The translations under genes and the position numbers were made by a program. From positions 1 through 49,229 of the forward strand of contig JAVXBP010000003.1 of the NCBI GenBank assembly GCA_036659935.1: 49,229 nt of DNA, read 5' to 3'. Shown one piece after another: positions 17,778 to 26,770 of the stretch (positions are counted from its first letter, which is position 1; every line of letters starts with the position of its first letter). The DNA is from Clostridia bacterium (GTDB lineage Bacteria > Bacillota > Clostridia > Christensenellales > UBA3700). The notes under the pieces were generated by a model. That model made no database searches and was not told the DNA's origin. It saw nothing but the letters and a program-made list of their open reading frames with translations.

Positions 17778-18923
17778 TTACCAATAAAGCGCAATTTTTC
17801 TCAACCAATCGAGATATGTCGACTTTGGCGCGTCAATCATCGACAACAAATTGATTGTTTTTTCTCCGTCGGCGGTTGAGATAATTATCTTGCCGACAAC
17901 GTCATTTTTCGCAATTGGCGCGCGCATATTTTCGTTCATTTCAACTCTAATATCAGTCAATTTTGCGCCGTTTTTCTCGAGAATTGCCACATTTTGTTGT
18001 GGAGTAACGTCAATGGTCGCAATCGGACTGTTTCTGACAGTCAACTGGCTGTCCATTTTTTCGCCGCTTTTGTAAACAATTTTGTTTTTGTAAGTCGCAA
18101 ACGCGCTGTCAAACATTTTTGTTACCTTTGCAAATCTTGTTTTGCTGTCTTTGACACCGACAACTGTCGCGACGACCTTTAGGTCATTTCTCATTGCGCA
18201 CGCCGACAAACAAAAGCCTGCCTTGTCGGTATATCCCGTCTTTCCGCCCACGCAACCGTTGTAAAATCTTATCAACTTGTTGGTGTTTGCAAGTTGAGTA
18301 ACTCTGCCTGACGGGTGAACAAAATCTTCCAACCAAATTTTTGCAAACTGATAATATTTGTCGTGAGACATAAGCTTGCGCGTCATAATATTGACGTCTT
18401 TTGCAGTGCTGAATTGTTCTTCTGTCGACGGCAAACCAGTCGCGTTGACAAATTTTGTATTTGTCATTCCCCACGATTGGGCGCGCTCATTCATAATATT
18501 TACAAACGCATCTTGACTGCCCGCAATTTTTTCCGCCATAGCCACGCTCGCATCGTTTGCGGAAACTACAATAATTCCTTTCAACAAATCGCTGACTTTG
18601 TATTCGCTGTTTGCGTCAAGAAACATTTGACTTCCGCCCATTCCTGACGCCACGCTTGAGACAACAATTTTGTCATCGAGAGCAAACGCGCCCTTTTCTA
18701 TTTCTTCAAAAACGATATTTGCGGTCATAATCTTGACCATGCTCGCAATCTCGTGTTTACTGTTTTCGTTGTGCGCGCCAAGCACGCAACCACTGTCGAA
18801 ATCGGCGATATACTCCGAATAAGCCACTTCCGCGCCGTTTTCTTGCGCAATGCAAAAGGTAGGCAACGCAAATATTGACAGCGTCATCGCTAGAATTACA
18901 ATCAAAAAAATTGTTTTTTTCAT
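17778..18923 (-). CDS. dacF: D-alanyl-D-alanine carboxypeptidase DacF-like
   Basis: Signal peptide, IASMVKIMT, SGMGGSQMFL, SANDA, NTNKLIRFY, KTGYT; downstream of deoB as in Bacillus/Clostridium. Confidence 0.9.
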   Translation of the reverse strand: MKKTIFLIVILAMTLSIFALPTFCIAQENGAEVAYSEYIADFDSGCVLGAHNENSKHEIASMVKIMTANIVFEEIEKGAFALDDKIVVSSVASGMGGSQMFLDANSEYKVSDLLKGIIVVSANDASVAMAEKIAGSQDAFVNIMNERAQSWGMTNTKFVNATGLPSTEEQFSTAKDVNIMTRKLMSHDKYYQFAKIWLEDFVHPSGRVTQLANTNKLIRFYNGCVGGKTGYTDKAGFCLSACAMRNDLKVVATVVGVKDSKTRFAKVTKMFDSAFATYKNKIVYKSGEKMDSQLTVRNSPIATIDVTPQQNVAILEKNGAKLTDIRVEMNENMRAPIAKNDVVGKIIISTADGEKTINLLSMIDAPKSTYLDWLRKIALYW

Positions 18924-18980
18924 ACTTTCCTCACATAATTTTGTTTGTAATAGTGTAAACAACTTTTCAAATTGTATGCA

Positions 18981-19143
18981 TCAACTGTTTGTATGCGGAA
19001 AATATTCCAAAATGTAATCGTTCAAAAAGTCAAAGCCGACAATATCGCCTAGCTTATCTCTCGGTAAAGACTTCTCAATTTTTGTGCAGAAAATGTCTCA
19101 AAATGTAATCGTGCAAAAAGTCAAAGCCGACAATATCACCTAG
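18981..19143. repeat. Diverged tandem copy of the deoB 3' end (core 43/45 nt, period 91)
   Basis: 19008-19052 vs 19099-19143; the downstream copy reads LGDIVGFDFLNDYILEYFPHTNS*. Confidence 0.93.
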
Positions 19144-20196
19144 GTTTTTCGCTGCGTTTTTCGAGAATATCAACAACGGAACGCACTCTCTCGAGTGGTC
19201 GGTGCTCGGTGTCGACGGGTCGCAACCGTGGTCGGCGGTAAGAATAAGAATGTCGTCTTGCTCAAGTTGGCTTGTGATTTTATCAATGTTTTGGTCGAAC
19301 TTGTTCAAGCAATTCGCATAGCCAACGATATCGTTTCTGTGACCATATCGCATATCAAAGTCAACAAAATTTGCAAAAATAAAGCAATCGCCCTTGTTTT
19401 CTTTGACGGCTTTTGCCAAACTTTCCATCACTTGTCTATTGCCGTGCGCTGGATAATATTTTGTTATGTTTTGTCCTGCAAAAATGTCAAAAATTTTGCC
19501 AATCGCGCACACTTCGATGTTGTTTTCTATCAACTTTGACAACAAATTTGGCTTTGGCGGAATTATTCCAAAGTCTTTTCTATCTTCCGTTCGGAAAAAT
19601 TTGCCGTCGCTATCTTGCGCGAAAGGGCGAGCGATAACGCGCGCGACATTGTTTGCGCCTGTCATAATGCATCTTGCTTGCTCGCACATTGCATACAATT
19701 TTTCGATAGGAAAAAGCGAATTTGCGCACGCGACTTGCAAGACGCTGTCAGCCGACGTATACACTATCGGAAAGCCCGTCTCAAGGTGCAGTTTTCCATA
19801 CTCTTGTATTATTTCCGTACCACTTGCCGCTTTGTTGCCAAGAATGCCCTTGACTTGCCAAGCCTTGCAAAGTTGCTCGACGATATCTTGTCCAAAGCCG
19901 TTTGGATAAGTCGGATAAGGCGTTTTTGTCACAATTCCGCACATCTCAAAATGCCCCGTTATTGTATCTTTTCCGACTGATTTTTCTATCATTCTGCCGT
20001 ATGAGCAAAGTGGGTTTTCTACTTTTTGCCCGCAATCAACTCCGTTTATTCCAAACAAGCCAAACTTTGTCAAATTTGGAACGTTCAAATGCTCGCTTAT
20101 TGCGCGCAAAGTATTGCTGCCTTCGTCGCCAAAAATTGCCGCGTCGGGCGCATTGCCAATGCCCAAACTATCCAAAACTGCTAAAATAATTCTCAT
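19075..20196 (-). CDS. deoB: Phosphopentomutase
   Basis: VLDSLGIG.APDA..FGDEGSNTL, GKDTITGHFE, IVYTSADSVLQ, RVIARPF, NFVDFD..YGHRND, TADHGCDP, DHSRE. Confidence 0.97.
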   Translation of the reverse strand: MRIILAVLDSLGIGNAPDAAIFGDEGSNTLRAISEHLNVPNLTKFGLFGINGVDCGQKVENPLCSYGRMIEKSVGKDTITGHFEMCGIVTKTPYPTYPNGFGQDIVEQLCKAWQVKGILGNKAASGTEIIQEYGKLHLETGFPIVYTSADSVLQVACANSLFPIEKLYAMCEQARCIMTGANNVARVIARPFAQDSDGKFFRTEDRKDFGIIPPKPNLLSKLIENNIEVCAIGKIFDIFAGQNITKYYPAHGNRQVMESLAKAVKENKGDCFIFANFVDFDMRYGHRNDIVGYANCLNKFDQNIDKITSQLEQDDILILTADHGCDPSTPSTDHSRECVPLLIFSKNAAKNLGDIVGFDFLHDYILRHFLHKN

Positions 20197-20202
20197 ACTT
20201 CA

Positions 20203-20231
20203 ATTATACAATACCAAAGGCTTATTTGCAA
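20203..20231 (-). promoter_or_regulatory. Sigma-A promoter of deoB, leaderless geometry
   Basis: TTGCAA-17nt-TATAAT-6nt-ATG, no SD. Confidence 0.78.
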
Positions 20232-20332
20232 GAAAAATTCGAGACAACAAAAAAGCTTGCAACATATAATGCAAAATTTCTAACAATCAAATGGCAAATT
20301 GTAAGCAAAAACTTACAACAAAAATATAAAGC

Positions 20333-20360
20333 TCATACTCAAAAAAATGTTGAATATATT
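20333..20360 (+). promoter_or_regulatory. Putative SigE promoter
   Basis: TCATA-15nt-AATATATT, 5 nt before ATG 20366, no SD. Confidence 0.4.
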
Positions 20361-20365
20361 ATATT

Positions 20366-20989
20366 ATGAGAAAACGCATACTTGTAAACAAATTTCACTT
20401 CAACAAACGATATTTTTGCAGAAACTTGCTTTGCTGTCTAGAATTTCGGTGGAGCGTTTTTTTGCAAACTTTTTGTTTTTTTGCGATAGGTTTGGTCATC
20501 GGTTTTGTGATAGGCGGACAATTGGACGGCGAAACATCGTCATTTTGTCCATACGCAAACATAGGAGATTGCGAGTTTTCTTTTTTCGGCAATTTTGGCG
20601 CGCTTGCCCTGCTTATGCTTTTGCTGTTCGCGATTTGCTCGTTGAATATCGCCACAAAGTGTATGTATTTCTCTTATGTAACGGCGTGCGTATATCTCGG
20701 CTATCGTTTTGCGTTGTCAATATTGCAAGTTTTTTCTTGTTCAATTTTCCTTGGCGTATTGTCAATGGCAATTTATTTTGTTCCATTCGTTTTGCTTTTG
20801 ACCGCGACAATGAGTGTGTTGCTGTCTTTCCAATCGCAATATTGGTTGCGGACTTGCGCCCTGCAAACTTGTTGGAAAATATGGCGAAAAAACTTCTTTT
20901 TTTGCCTTGGAATTTGGCTTTTTGTGACTTGTTGCCTGCTCGTGATAGCAGTCATAATTCCACTGTTCTACAAATTCGTTTTTCTATAA
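20366..20989 (+). CDS. Multi-pass membrane protein, SpoIIM-like, Cys-rich
   Basis: About 200 aa with roughly 5 TM segments, FAIGLVIG, FFGNF and VIIPLF at SpoIIM-like positions; next to deoB-dacF, where spoIIM lies in Bacillus/Clostridium. Confidence 0.55.
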   Translation: MRKRILVNKFHFNKRYFCRNLLCCLEFRWSVFLQTFCFFAIGLVIGFVIGGQLDGETSSFCPYANIGDCEFSFFGNFGALALLMLLLFAICSLNIATKCMYFSYVTACVYLGYRFALSILQVFSCSIFLGVLSMAIYFVPFVLLLTATMSVLLSFQSQYWLRTCALQTCWKIWRKNFFFCLGIWLFVTCCLLVIAVIIPLFYKFVFL

Positions 20990-21037
20990 TATAATATTAT
21001 TTATCAAAATTTACCTTTTAAAAAGTCTATTTTATGC

Positions 21038-21074
21038 AAAAAAAGAACCGCTCACCATTACGATGCGCGGTTCT
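21038..21074 (-). terminator. Intrinsic terminator after rny (possibly bidirectional)
   Basis: agaaccgc..gcggttct stem with an adjacent A7 tract (U-tract on minus). Confidence 0.75.
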
Positions 21075-21087
21075 GTCTTTTTTCTTC

Positions 21088-21202
21088 TCGCAGCTTATTT
21101 GCATATTCTGCGTGTTTTACTTTGAAAGTGTTCGCAGTTTATTTGCATATTCTGCGTGTTCTTTTGAGGTTTTCAGAGCTTATTTTGCATACTCTGTGTG
21201 TC
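21088..21202. repeat. Three tandem ~29-nt copies (period ~43-44) of the rny terminal codons
   Basis: tcgcagcttatttgcatattctgcgtgtt (21088), tcgcagtttatttgcatattctgcgtgtt (21132), cagagcttattttgcatactctgtgtgtc (21174, the gene end). Confidence 0.9.
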
Positions 21203-22787
21203 TTACTTCTCTGATAACGTTGACCTTGATTTGACCAGGATATTCCAATTCCGCCTCAATCTTCTTTGCAATGTCTCTTGCCAAGAATGTTGTCGCAGCA
21301 TCGTCAATCTTTTCTGGTTTAACAATAACTCTGATTTCTCTGCCAGCTTGAATAGCAAAGCATTGCTCAACGCCGTCGAAAGAATTTGCGACAGCCTCAA
21401 GTTTTTCCAATCTCTTGACATAATTTTCGAGAGATTCGCGTCTTGCGCCAGGTCTTGCGCCCGATATCGCATCAGCGGTTTGGACGAGAATGGCTTCCAG
21501 CGTTGTAGCTTCCACGTCGCCGTGGTGAGCCTCAATCGCGTGAATAACTGACGGTAGCTCTTTGAATTTCTTCGCAATTTCCACGCCAATAGATACGTGC
21601 GTGCCTTCCACTTCGTGGTCGACAGCCTTTCCGATGTCGTGCAACAAACCACCGCGTTTTGCAATCTTAACGTCTGCGCCGAGCTCTGCCGCCATCATTC
21701 CAGCCAAATAGCTTACTTCCAACGAGTGGTTCAAGACATTTTGACCATAACTTGTGCGGTATTTCAATCTGCCAAGCAGTTTGATAATTTCTGGGTGCAA
21801 ACCAAAGACATTTGCGTCAAAAGCAGCGTTTTCGCCAGCTTCTTTCATTTGGTTGTCAATTTCTTTTTTCACTTTCTCGACAGTTTCTTCGATTCTTGCA
21901 GGATGAATTCTTCCGTCAGAAACCAATCTTTCGATTGTCAAACGAGCGACTTCCCTTCTCACTGGATCAAAGCCAGAAACTGTAACTACGTCAGGCGTGT
22001 CGTCGATAATCAAATCAACGCCTGTGGCATTTTCGATTGCTCGAATATTTCTGCCTACGCGACCTATCAATCTTCCTTTCATTTCTTCATTTGGAAGTGG
22101 AACTACTGAGACAGCTATGTCCGACGCGTGATCTGTCGCGCATCTTTGGATAGCCAAACCGACAATATTTTTTGCTTTTTTGTCAGCGTCCTCTTTCGCT
22201 TGCGCCTCGATCTCTTTTGCCATAACAGCAGCATCTTTCTTTGCGCTTTCCAAAAGTTCATTCATAAGAATTTGTTTTGCTTCATCTTGTGTCAAATTCG
22301 AAACTTTTTCCAACTCTTCCAACATTCTTGCGTGAGCGTTCTTAATTTCTTCTTCGAACTCATCGACTTGCTTTTCTTTTTCCTCAATTTGATGCTTTTT
22401 TTCGTCAATCAAATCTGACTTTTTGTCGATTGCAAGTTCTCTTTTTGTAAGTTGGTCTTCTCTTTGAACAAGTCTTTGTTCGTTCTTGCCAATTTCCGCG
22501 CGTCTTTCTTTCGATTCTCTTTCGAACTCAGCGCGTAATTTTTGTTGTTCTTCTTTTGCTTCTATCTTTGCTTCTTTGAGAAAGTCTTTCGAATCGCGTT
22601 GCGCGTCATCTTTGAGTTTTTTGCACTCTTGAGATACGCTTCCAATAACTCGTCTAGCTATCAACCTGTATGCGAATACACCAAGTAATATGCCAACGAC
22701 AGCCATTGCAACCGCAATGAGCGCCACGAATCCGCCATTCAACCCTTCCCCGAGAAGTAAATTTAAGCAATATGAATTACTTTTCAT
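21180..22787 (-). CDS. rny: Ribonuclease Y
   Basis: N-terminal TM, coiled coil, KH domain ([15 protein letters not shown]), HD domain (LLHDIGK), QAGREIRV; AGGAGG SD before ATG 22787. Confidence 0.97.
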   Translation of the reverse strand: MKSNSYCLNLLLGEGLNGGFVALIAVAMAVVGILLGVFAYRLIARRVIGSVSQECKKLKDDAQRDSKDFLKEAKIEAKEEQQKLRAEFERESKERRAEIGKNEQRLVQREDQLTKRELAIDKKSDLIDEKKHQIEEKEKQVDEFEEEIKNAHARMLEELEKVSNLTQDEAKQILMNELLESAKKDAAVMAKEIEAQAKEDADKKAKNIVGLAIQRCATDHASDIAVSVVPLPNEEMKGRLIGRVGRNIRAIENATGVDLIIDDTPDVVTVSGFDPVRREVARLTIERLVSDGRIHPARIEETVEKVKKEIDNQMKEAGENAAFDANVFGLHPEIIKLLGRLKYRTSYGQNVLNHSLEVSYLAGMMAAELGADVKIAKRGGLLHDIGKAVDHEVEGTHVSIGVEIAKKFKELPSVIHAIEAHHGDVEATTLEAILVQTADAISGARPGARRESLENYVKRLEKLEAVANSFDGVEQCFAIQAGREIRVIVKPEKIDDAATTFLARDIAKKIEAELEYPGQIKVNVIREVRHTEYAK

Positions 22788-22925
22788 TTTTACCCTCCTG
22801 ATATTAAATTGTAAAGTTGCATTGAATTTGTCCATTATCACAAGCGAATTGCCTTTCTTTGTGGACAAATTGATATGTATAACCATTTCTCGCATAGCAA
22901 TCAATAATAATACTTACCATTTGTT

Positions 22926-22954
22926 ATTATATATTAAAAATAAATCAATGTCAA
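22926..22954 (-). promoter_or_regulatory. Consensus sigma-A promoter of rny
   Basis: TTGACA-17nt-TATAAT, implying a 5' UTR of about 130 nt. Confidence 0.8.
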
Positions 22955-22959
22955 ATGCA

Positions 22960-23994
22960 TTACTTGCTTTCTTTGAGTTTTTCCAAAATTTTATTTTTTA
23001 TCTCGACAGCAACTTCTGGATTATCGCCCAAGTATGCGACAGTTTTGTCTCTGCCTTGTCCAATCTTCTCGTCGTTGTAACTTATCCAAGAACCGCTCTT
23101 TTTGAGAACTTCCGTCTCAACGCCCAAGTCGACAATGCAACCTGCCTGAGATATGCCCTTGCCATAAATTATGTCAAATTCGCAATTTCTGAATGGTGGC
23201 GCAACCTTGTTTTTGACAACTTTGAGTCTTGTGCGGTTGCCGATAAAGTCGTTGCCGTCTTTGATAGCGTCGCCTTTTCTGACGTCAATTCGCACGCTCG
23301 AATAGAATTTTAAAGCTTTTCCGCCCGGTGTAACTTCTGGGCTTCCGAACATAACGCCGACTTTTTCTCTCAATTGATTGATAAATATCAAACAAGTTTT
23401 TGACTTGCTGAGAATGCCCGTCAACTTGCGCAAAGCTTGCGACATAAGTCTCGCTTGCAGTCCGACAACGGTTTGTCCCATATCGCCGTCAATTTCTGCG
23501 CGAGGGGTAAGCGCCGCGACAGAGTCGATAACAATCAAGTCCATAGAATTGCTTCTTACGAGCGTTTCTGCGATGTCAAGACCTTGCTCTCCGCTATCTG
23601 GCTGAGAAACATACAACTCTTTGATATCAACGCCAAGATGCTCGGCATAGATTGGGTCGAGCGCGTGCTCGGCGTCAATAAACGCAGCTTTTCCGCCGCT
23701 TGCTTGGCAAGATGCGATAACGTGCAATGCGACAGTCGTTTTTCCCGACGACTCTGGCCCGTATATTTCGATTATTCTTCCTTTTGGAAAGCCGCCCACG
23801 CCAAGCGCGATATCAATCGGCAAAATGCCCGAACTGATAACTTCTATTGGCATAATTTCGGTGTCGCCAAGTCTCATGATAGAACCTTTGCCATATTGCT
23901 TTTCGATTTTCGCGATAGCGTCGGCGATAAGTTCTTCTTTCGTCATGTTTTTGTTGGCTTTTTCGTCTTTATCTGATTTGCTAGATTTGTCCAT
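22960..23994 (-). CDS. recA: Recombinase A
   Basis: [60 protein letters not shown]. Confidence 0.99.
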   Translation of the reverse strand: MDKSSKSDKDEKANKNMTKEELIADAIAKIEKQYGKGSIMRLGDTEIMPIEVISSGILPIDIALGVGGFPKGRIIEIYGPESSGKTTVALHVIASCQASGGKAAFIDAEHALDPIYAEHLGVDIKELYVSQPDSGEQGLDIAETLVRSNSMDLIVIDSVAALTPRAEIDGDMGQTVVGLQARLMSQALRKLTGILSKSKTCLIFINQLREKVGVMFGSPEVTPGGKALKFYSSVRIDVRKGDAIKDGNDFIGNRTRLKVVKNKVAPPFRNCEFDIIYGKGISQAGCIVDLGVETEVLKKSGSWISYNDEKIGQGRDKTVAYLGDNPEVAVEIKNKILEKLKESK

Positions 23995-23997
23995 TTT

Positions 23998-24708
23998 TTA
24001 CCTCTTATTATTTATATTTTTTAACAACATATACAACGCAGTCTCTTTGACACAATTGCGTATATAATTTCTTGAACCCTCGAACATCACTTCTTGAGCT
24101 GTGATGCCATCTTTGTTGCCGATTGCGATAAAAGCAAGCCCCACTGGAGTGTCATATTGATCGCTTGACGGGCCAGCGCAACCGGTAGTTGAGAGAGATA
24201 GAGTGACGTTGCTGTTTTCCAACAAGCCCTGCACCATTTCTTTTGCGACAGGGGCAGAAACAATTCCATATTTTTCCAACGTCTTGAGTTTTACGTGCAA
24301 TCTTCTGACTTTCGACTCTTCCATATAAGCCACAAGCCCTTCGACAAGCACTTTGCTGCTTCCTGACACGTCAACCAAACTCGAACATATCATTCCGCCA
24401 GTAATTGACTCGGCAAGTGAGATTCTCACGCCCTTTTCCAAGGCGCGGTCAACGACGCATTGCGCCAAAGAAACGTCACTGTCGCTATAAATTTTCCCGA
24501 CGAATTTGTCGTTTATATCTTGCAATATTTTGACAAATTCACTCTCTTGCGCAGAAACATTTTCTACAACAATTCTGCCGTCAAGGCATTCTTGCGACGC
24601 GGATATAACAATTCCTTTTGTTTGCAGCGCTACAACTGCGTTTTCAAGCTCGTCACAAGTTGTGCCAAACAATTTGAAAACACAATAATTTTTACTTTCT
24701 TCAAGCAT
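23998..24708 (-). CDS. cinA: CinA C-terminal part / nicotinamide-nucleotide amidohydrolase (PncC), lacking the N-terminal MoCF-like domain
   Basis: AESITGG, YGIVSAPVAKEM, TTGCAGP, PVG; pgsA-cinA-recA synteny; the start could be 24723. Confidence 0.85.
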   Translation of the reverse strand: MLEESKNYCVFKLFGTTCDELENAVVALQTKGIVISASQECLDGRIVVENVSAQESEFVKILQDINDKFVGKIYSDSDVSLAQCVVDRALEKGVRISLAESITGGMICSSLVDVSGSSKVLVEGLVAYMEESKVRRLHVKLKTLEKYGIVSAPVAKEMVQGLLENSNVTLSLSTTGCAGPSSDQYDTPVGLAFIAIGNKDGITAQEVMFEGSRNYIRNCVKETALYMLLKNINNKR

Positions 24709-25282
24709 CTTTCTTTTCCTCATTCAAAATAGCTTTGTTGACAACAATATAATGCACGCCCGACCAAACTGTCAAAACAGTGGCGATTATCAATGTCGCA
24801 TAGCCCCAAATCATACAAATTTTGCTTACAATCTCGTTTGGAGCAGGCACAAACAAAAGCGCCGACAACGACAACATTGTGAACATTGTTTTCCATTTTC
24901 CAAGATTGTCAGCCGCCAAAACAAAATTTTTGAGCGCGGCAATTTGGCGGAAAAGCCCAATGATAAATTCTCTCGCCAAAATGATTATCGTGCATATCAT
25001 CGCGACAAATGGCGTTGGAATATAACCGCCTGCCACAACCATCAACAGCCCTGCCACAACAAGAACTTTGTCCGCGATTGGGTCAAGAAACTTGCCCAAA
25101 TTGGTGACCATGTTATACTTGCGCGCAATGTGACCGTCGAGCATATCTGTCAAAGACGCTATTATGTATATCAAACCTGTAAAAATAAACATATATTCCC
25201 ACAGCCCTTGCAAACAAAACAGCAACACGATTACCGGGATAAGCAGCAATCTTACAAACGTAATTTTTGTTGGTAAATTCAT
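24701..25282 (-). CDS. pgsA: CDP-diacylglycerol--glycerol-3-phosphate 3-phosphatidyltransferase
   Basis: MNLPTKITFVR, TDMLDGHIARKYNMVTNLGKFLDPIADK, GKWKT. Confidence 0.97.
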   Translation of the reverse strand: MNLPTKITFVRLLLIPVIVLLFCLQGLWEYMFIFTGLIYIIASLTDMLDGHIARKYNMVTNLGKFLDPIADKVLVVAGLLMVVAGGYIPTPFVAMICTIIILAREFIIGLFRQIAALKNFVLAADNLGKWKTMFTMLSLSALLFVPAPNEIVSKICMIWGYATLIIATVLTVWSGVHYIVVNKAILNEEKKDA

Positions 25283-26595
25283 AATATTTCTCCATACATG
25301 TCATTATTTTTTATTTTATTTATTTTAACCTTGTATATCTTGCCAATGTCAACTGGTTCTTTCGAGGCAAAATATATTGTAGTGTCTATCTCTGGCGCGT
25401 CGAACTGCGATCTGCCATAGAAAAGTTGCAAATCGTAGTCAATTCCTTCATAAATAACGTCGAGAGTTTGACCTACTCTTTGTCTCAATTTCTTGCTCAT
25501 AATCTTGTTTTGAATGTCGTAAAGTTCTTTTTGGCGCGCTTGTTTGACTTCTTCTGGCAACTGACCTTTGAGCCTGCTCGCAGGCGTGCCGTCCTCGCAA
25601 GAATATGCAAAAAAGCCACATCTGTAGAGATTCGCATACTCAATAAAAGCCTTCAATTCGTCGAATTCTTCTTGACCTTCTTGCGGAAAGCCAACGATAA
25701 ATGTTGAACGAATAGAAAAATCGCCAAATTTTCTTATTCTTGCGACAAGGTCATAAATTTGTTGCTTGCTTGTGCGCCTGTTCATCATCTTTAAAATTTT
25801 ATCACTAACATGTTGCAATGGAATATCAATATATTTGCAAATTTTGTCATTGCTCGCCATATACTCAAGCAATTCGTCCGTAACATTTTCTGGATAAAGA
25901 TATAGCAATCTTATCCATTTTATATCGAGCTTTGACAGCTCTTTCAACAACTCAATGAGCGCAATTTTGCCATAAATATCGCCGCCATATTTTGTCACGT
26001 CTTGCGCGACCACAATCAGCTCTGTTATGCCATAATTTTTGACAAGTTGACTTGCTTCTTGAGTGATATCTTCTATCTTCCTTGAGGTATATTTGCCCCT
26101 GATTGACGGAATCGCGCAATAAGTGCATTTGTTGTCGCAACCTTCCGCAATCTTGATATACGCGTAATGATAAGGCGTTGTAAGCACTCTTTCGCTCGAA
26201 AAATTGCGCTCGTCCTTGTCGTTTTCTATTGCAATTTTGTTGTTTTGCGCAAAAAATTCTCTCAACAATTGTGGCAACTTTTGATAACTGCCAGTGCCCA
26301 ACAAAATGTCAATTTCTGGGAAAAATTCTTTGATGTCTTGCATATATCTTTGTGGCAAACAACCGCTCACAACAAGGCATTTGCAGTTGTTGTTCTTATG
26401 TTCCGCCATTTCCAAAATTGTGTCAATCGCCTCTTGTTTTGCGCTGTCAATAAACGCGCAAGTGTTGACAACTATAATATCCGCCTCGCTCGCGTCGCCT
26501 GTCAATTGATAGCCGTCGCTCTCAAGAAAGCTCAACATATTTTCTGTATCTATTCTGTTTTTGTCACACCCAAGTGAGATTACTCCTACTTTCAT
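25279..26595 (-). CDS. rimO: Ribosomal protein S12 methylthiotransferase
   Basis: SLGCDKNRIDTE, VNTCAFIDSAKQE, radical-SAM GCDNKCTYC, DAPEID, TRAM domain. Confidence 0.97.
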   Translation of the reverse strand: MKVGVISLGCDKNRIDTENMLSFLESDGYQLTGDASEADIIVVNTCAFIDSAKQEAIDTILEMAEHKNNNCKCLVVSGCLPQRYMQDIKEFFPEIDILLGTGSYQKLPQLLREFFAQNNKIAIENDKDERNFSSERVLTTPYHYAYIKIAEGCDNKCTYCAIPSIRGKYTSRKIEDITQEASQLVKNYGITELIVVAQDVTKYGGDIYGKIALIELLKELSKLDIKWIRLLYLYPENVTDELLEYMASNDKICKYIDIPLQHVSDKILKMMNRRTSKQQIYDLVARIRKFGDFSIRSTFIVGFPQEGQEEFDELKAFIEYANLYRCGFFAYSCEDGTPASRLKGQLPEEVKQARQKELYDIQNKIMSKKLRQRVGQTLDVIYEGIDYDLQLFYGRSQFDAPEIDTTIYFASKEPVDIGKIYKVKINKIKNNDMYGEIL

Positions 26596-26633
26596 TGATT
26601 GTATTCTCCGCCTTTTTCTCTCGTTGTTTTTTG

Positions 26634-26770
26634 TTTTTTTGCGAGACTATTCCAACCTTTTTCTCTGTCGTCTCTCGCTCTTTATGATATTATTTATACT
26701 TTTATTCGTTTTTTTGCTCAATTTTTTACTTTTTTTGTGAGGCTATTCCGACTTTATTCGCTGTCATCTC
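26634..26770. repeat. Diverged tandem copy of the ftsK 3' end (34/41 nt, period 96)
   Basis: 26634-26674 vs 26730-26770; the second copy spans the ftsK stop at 26754. Confidence 0.8.

Noticed and set aside
18951-18979. SigF/SigG promoter for dacF (GCATA..TACACTA)
   Set aside because: Biologically plausible, but spacing and -10 match are too weak to support
18981-19143. Diversity-generating retroelement TR/VR pair
   Set aside because: Mismatches are not adenine-specific and no reverse transcriptase is encoded in the window
21088-21202. CRISPR array
   Set aside because: Only three units, linkers of 13-15 nt that resemble each other, the repeat equals rny coding sequence, and there are no cas genes in the window
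22788-22904. Extended N-termini from the ORF track for rny (likewise Cof 2265, rluB 11345, ddl 44227, murF 45776, rimI 47153, tsaE 48122, ribU 48203)
   Set aside because: Downstream starts have a better SD or promoter geometry and match family N-termini; several extensions run through promoters or the riboswitch
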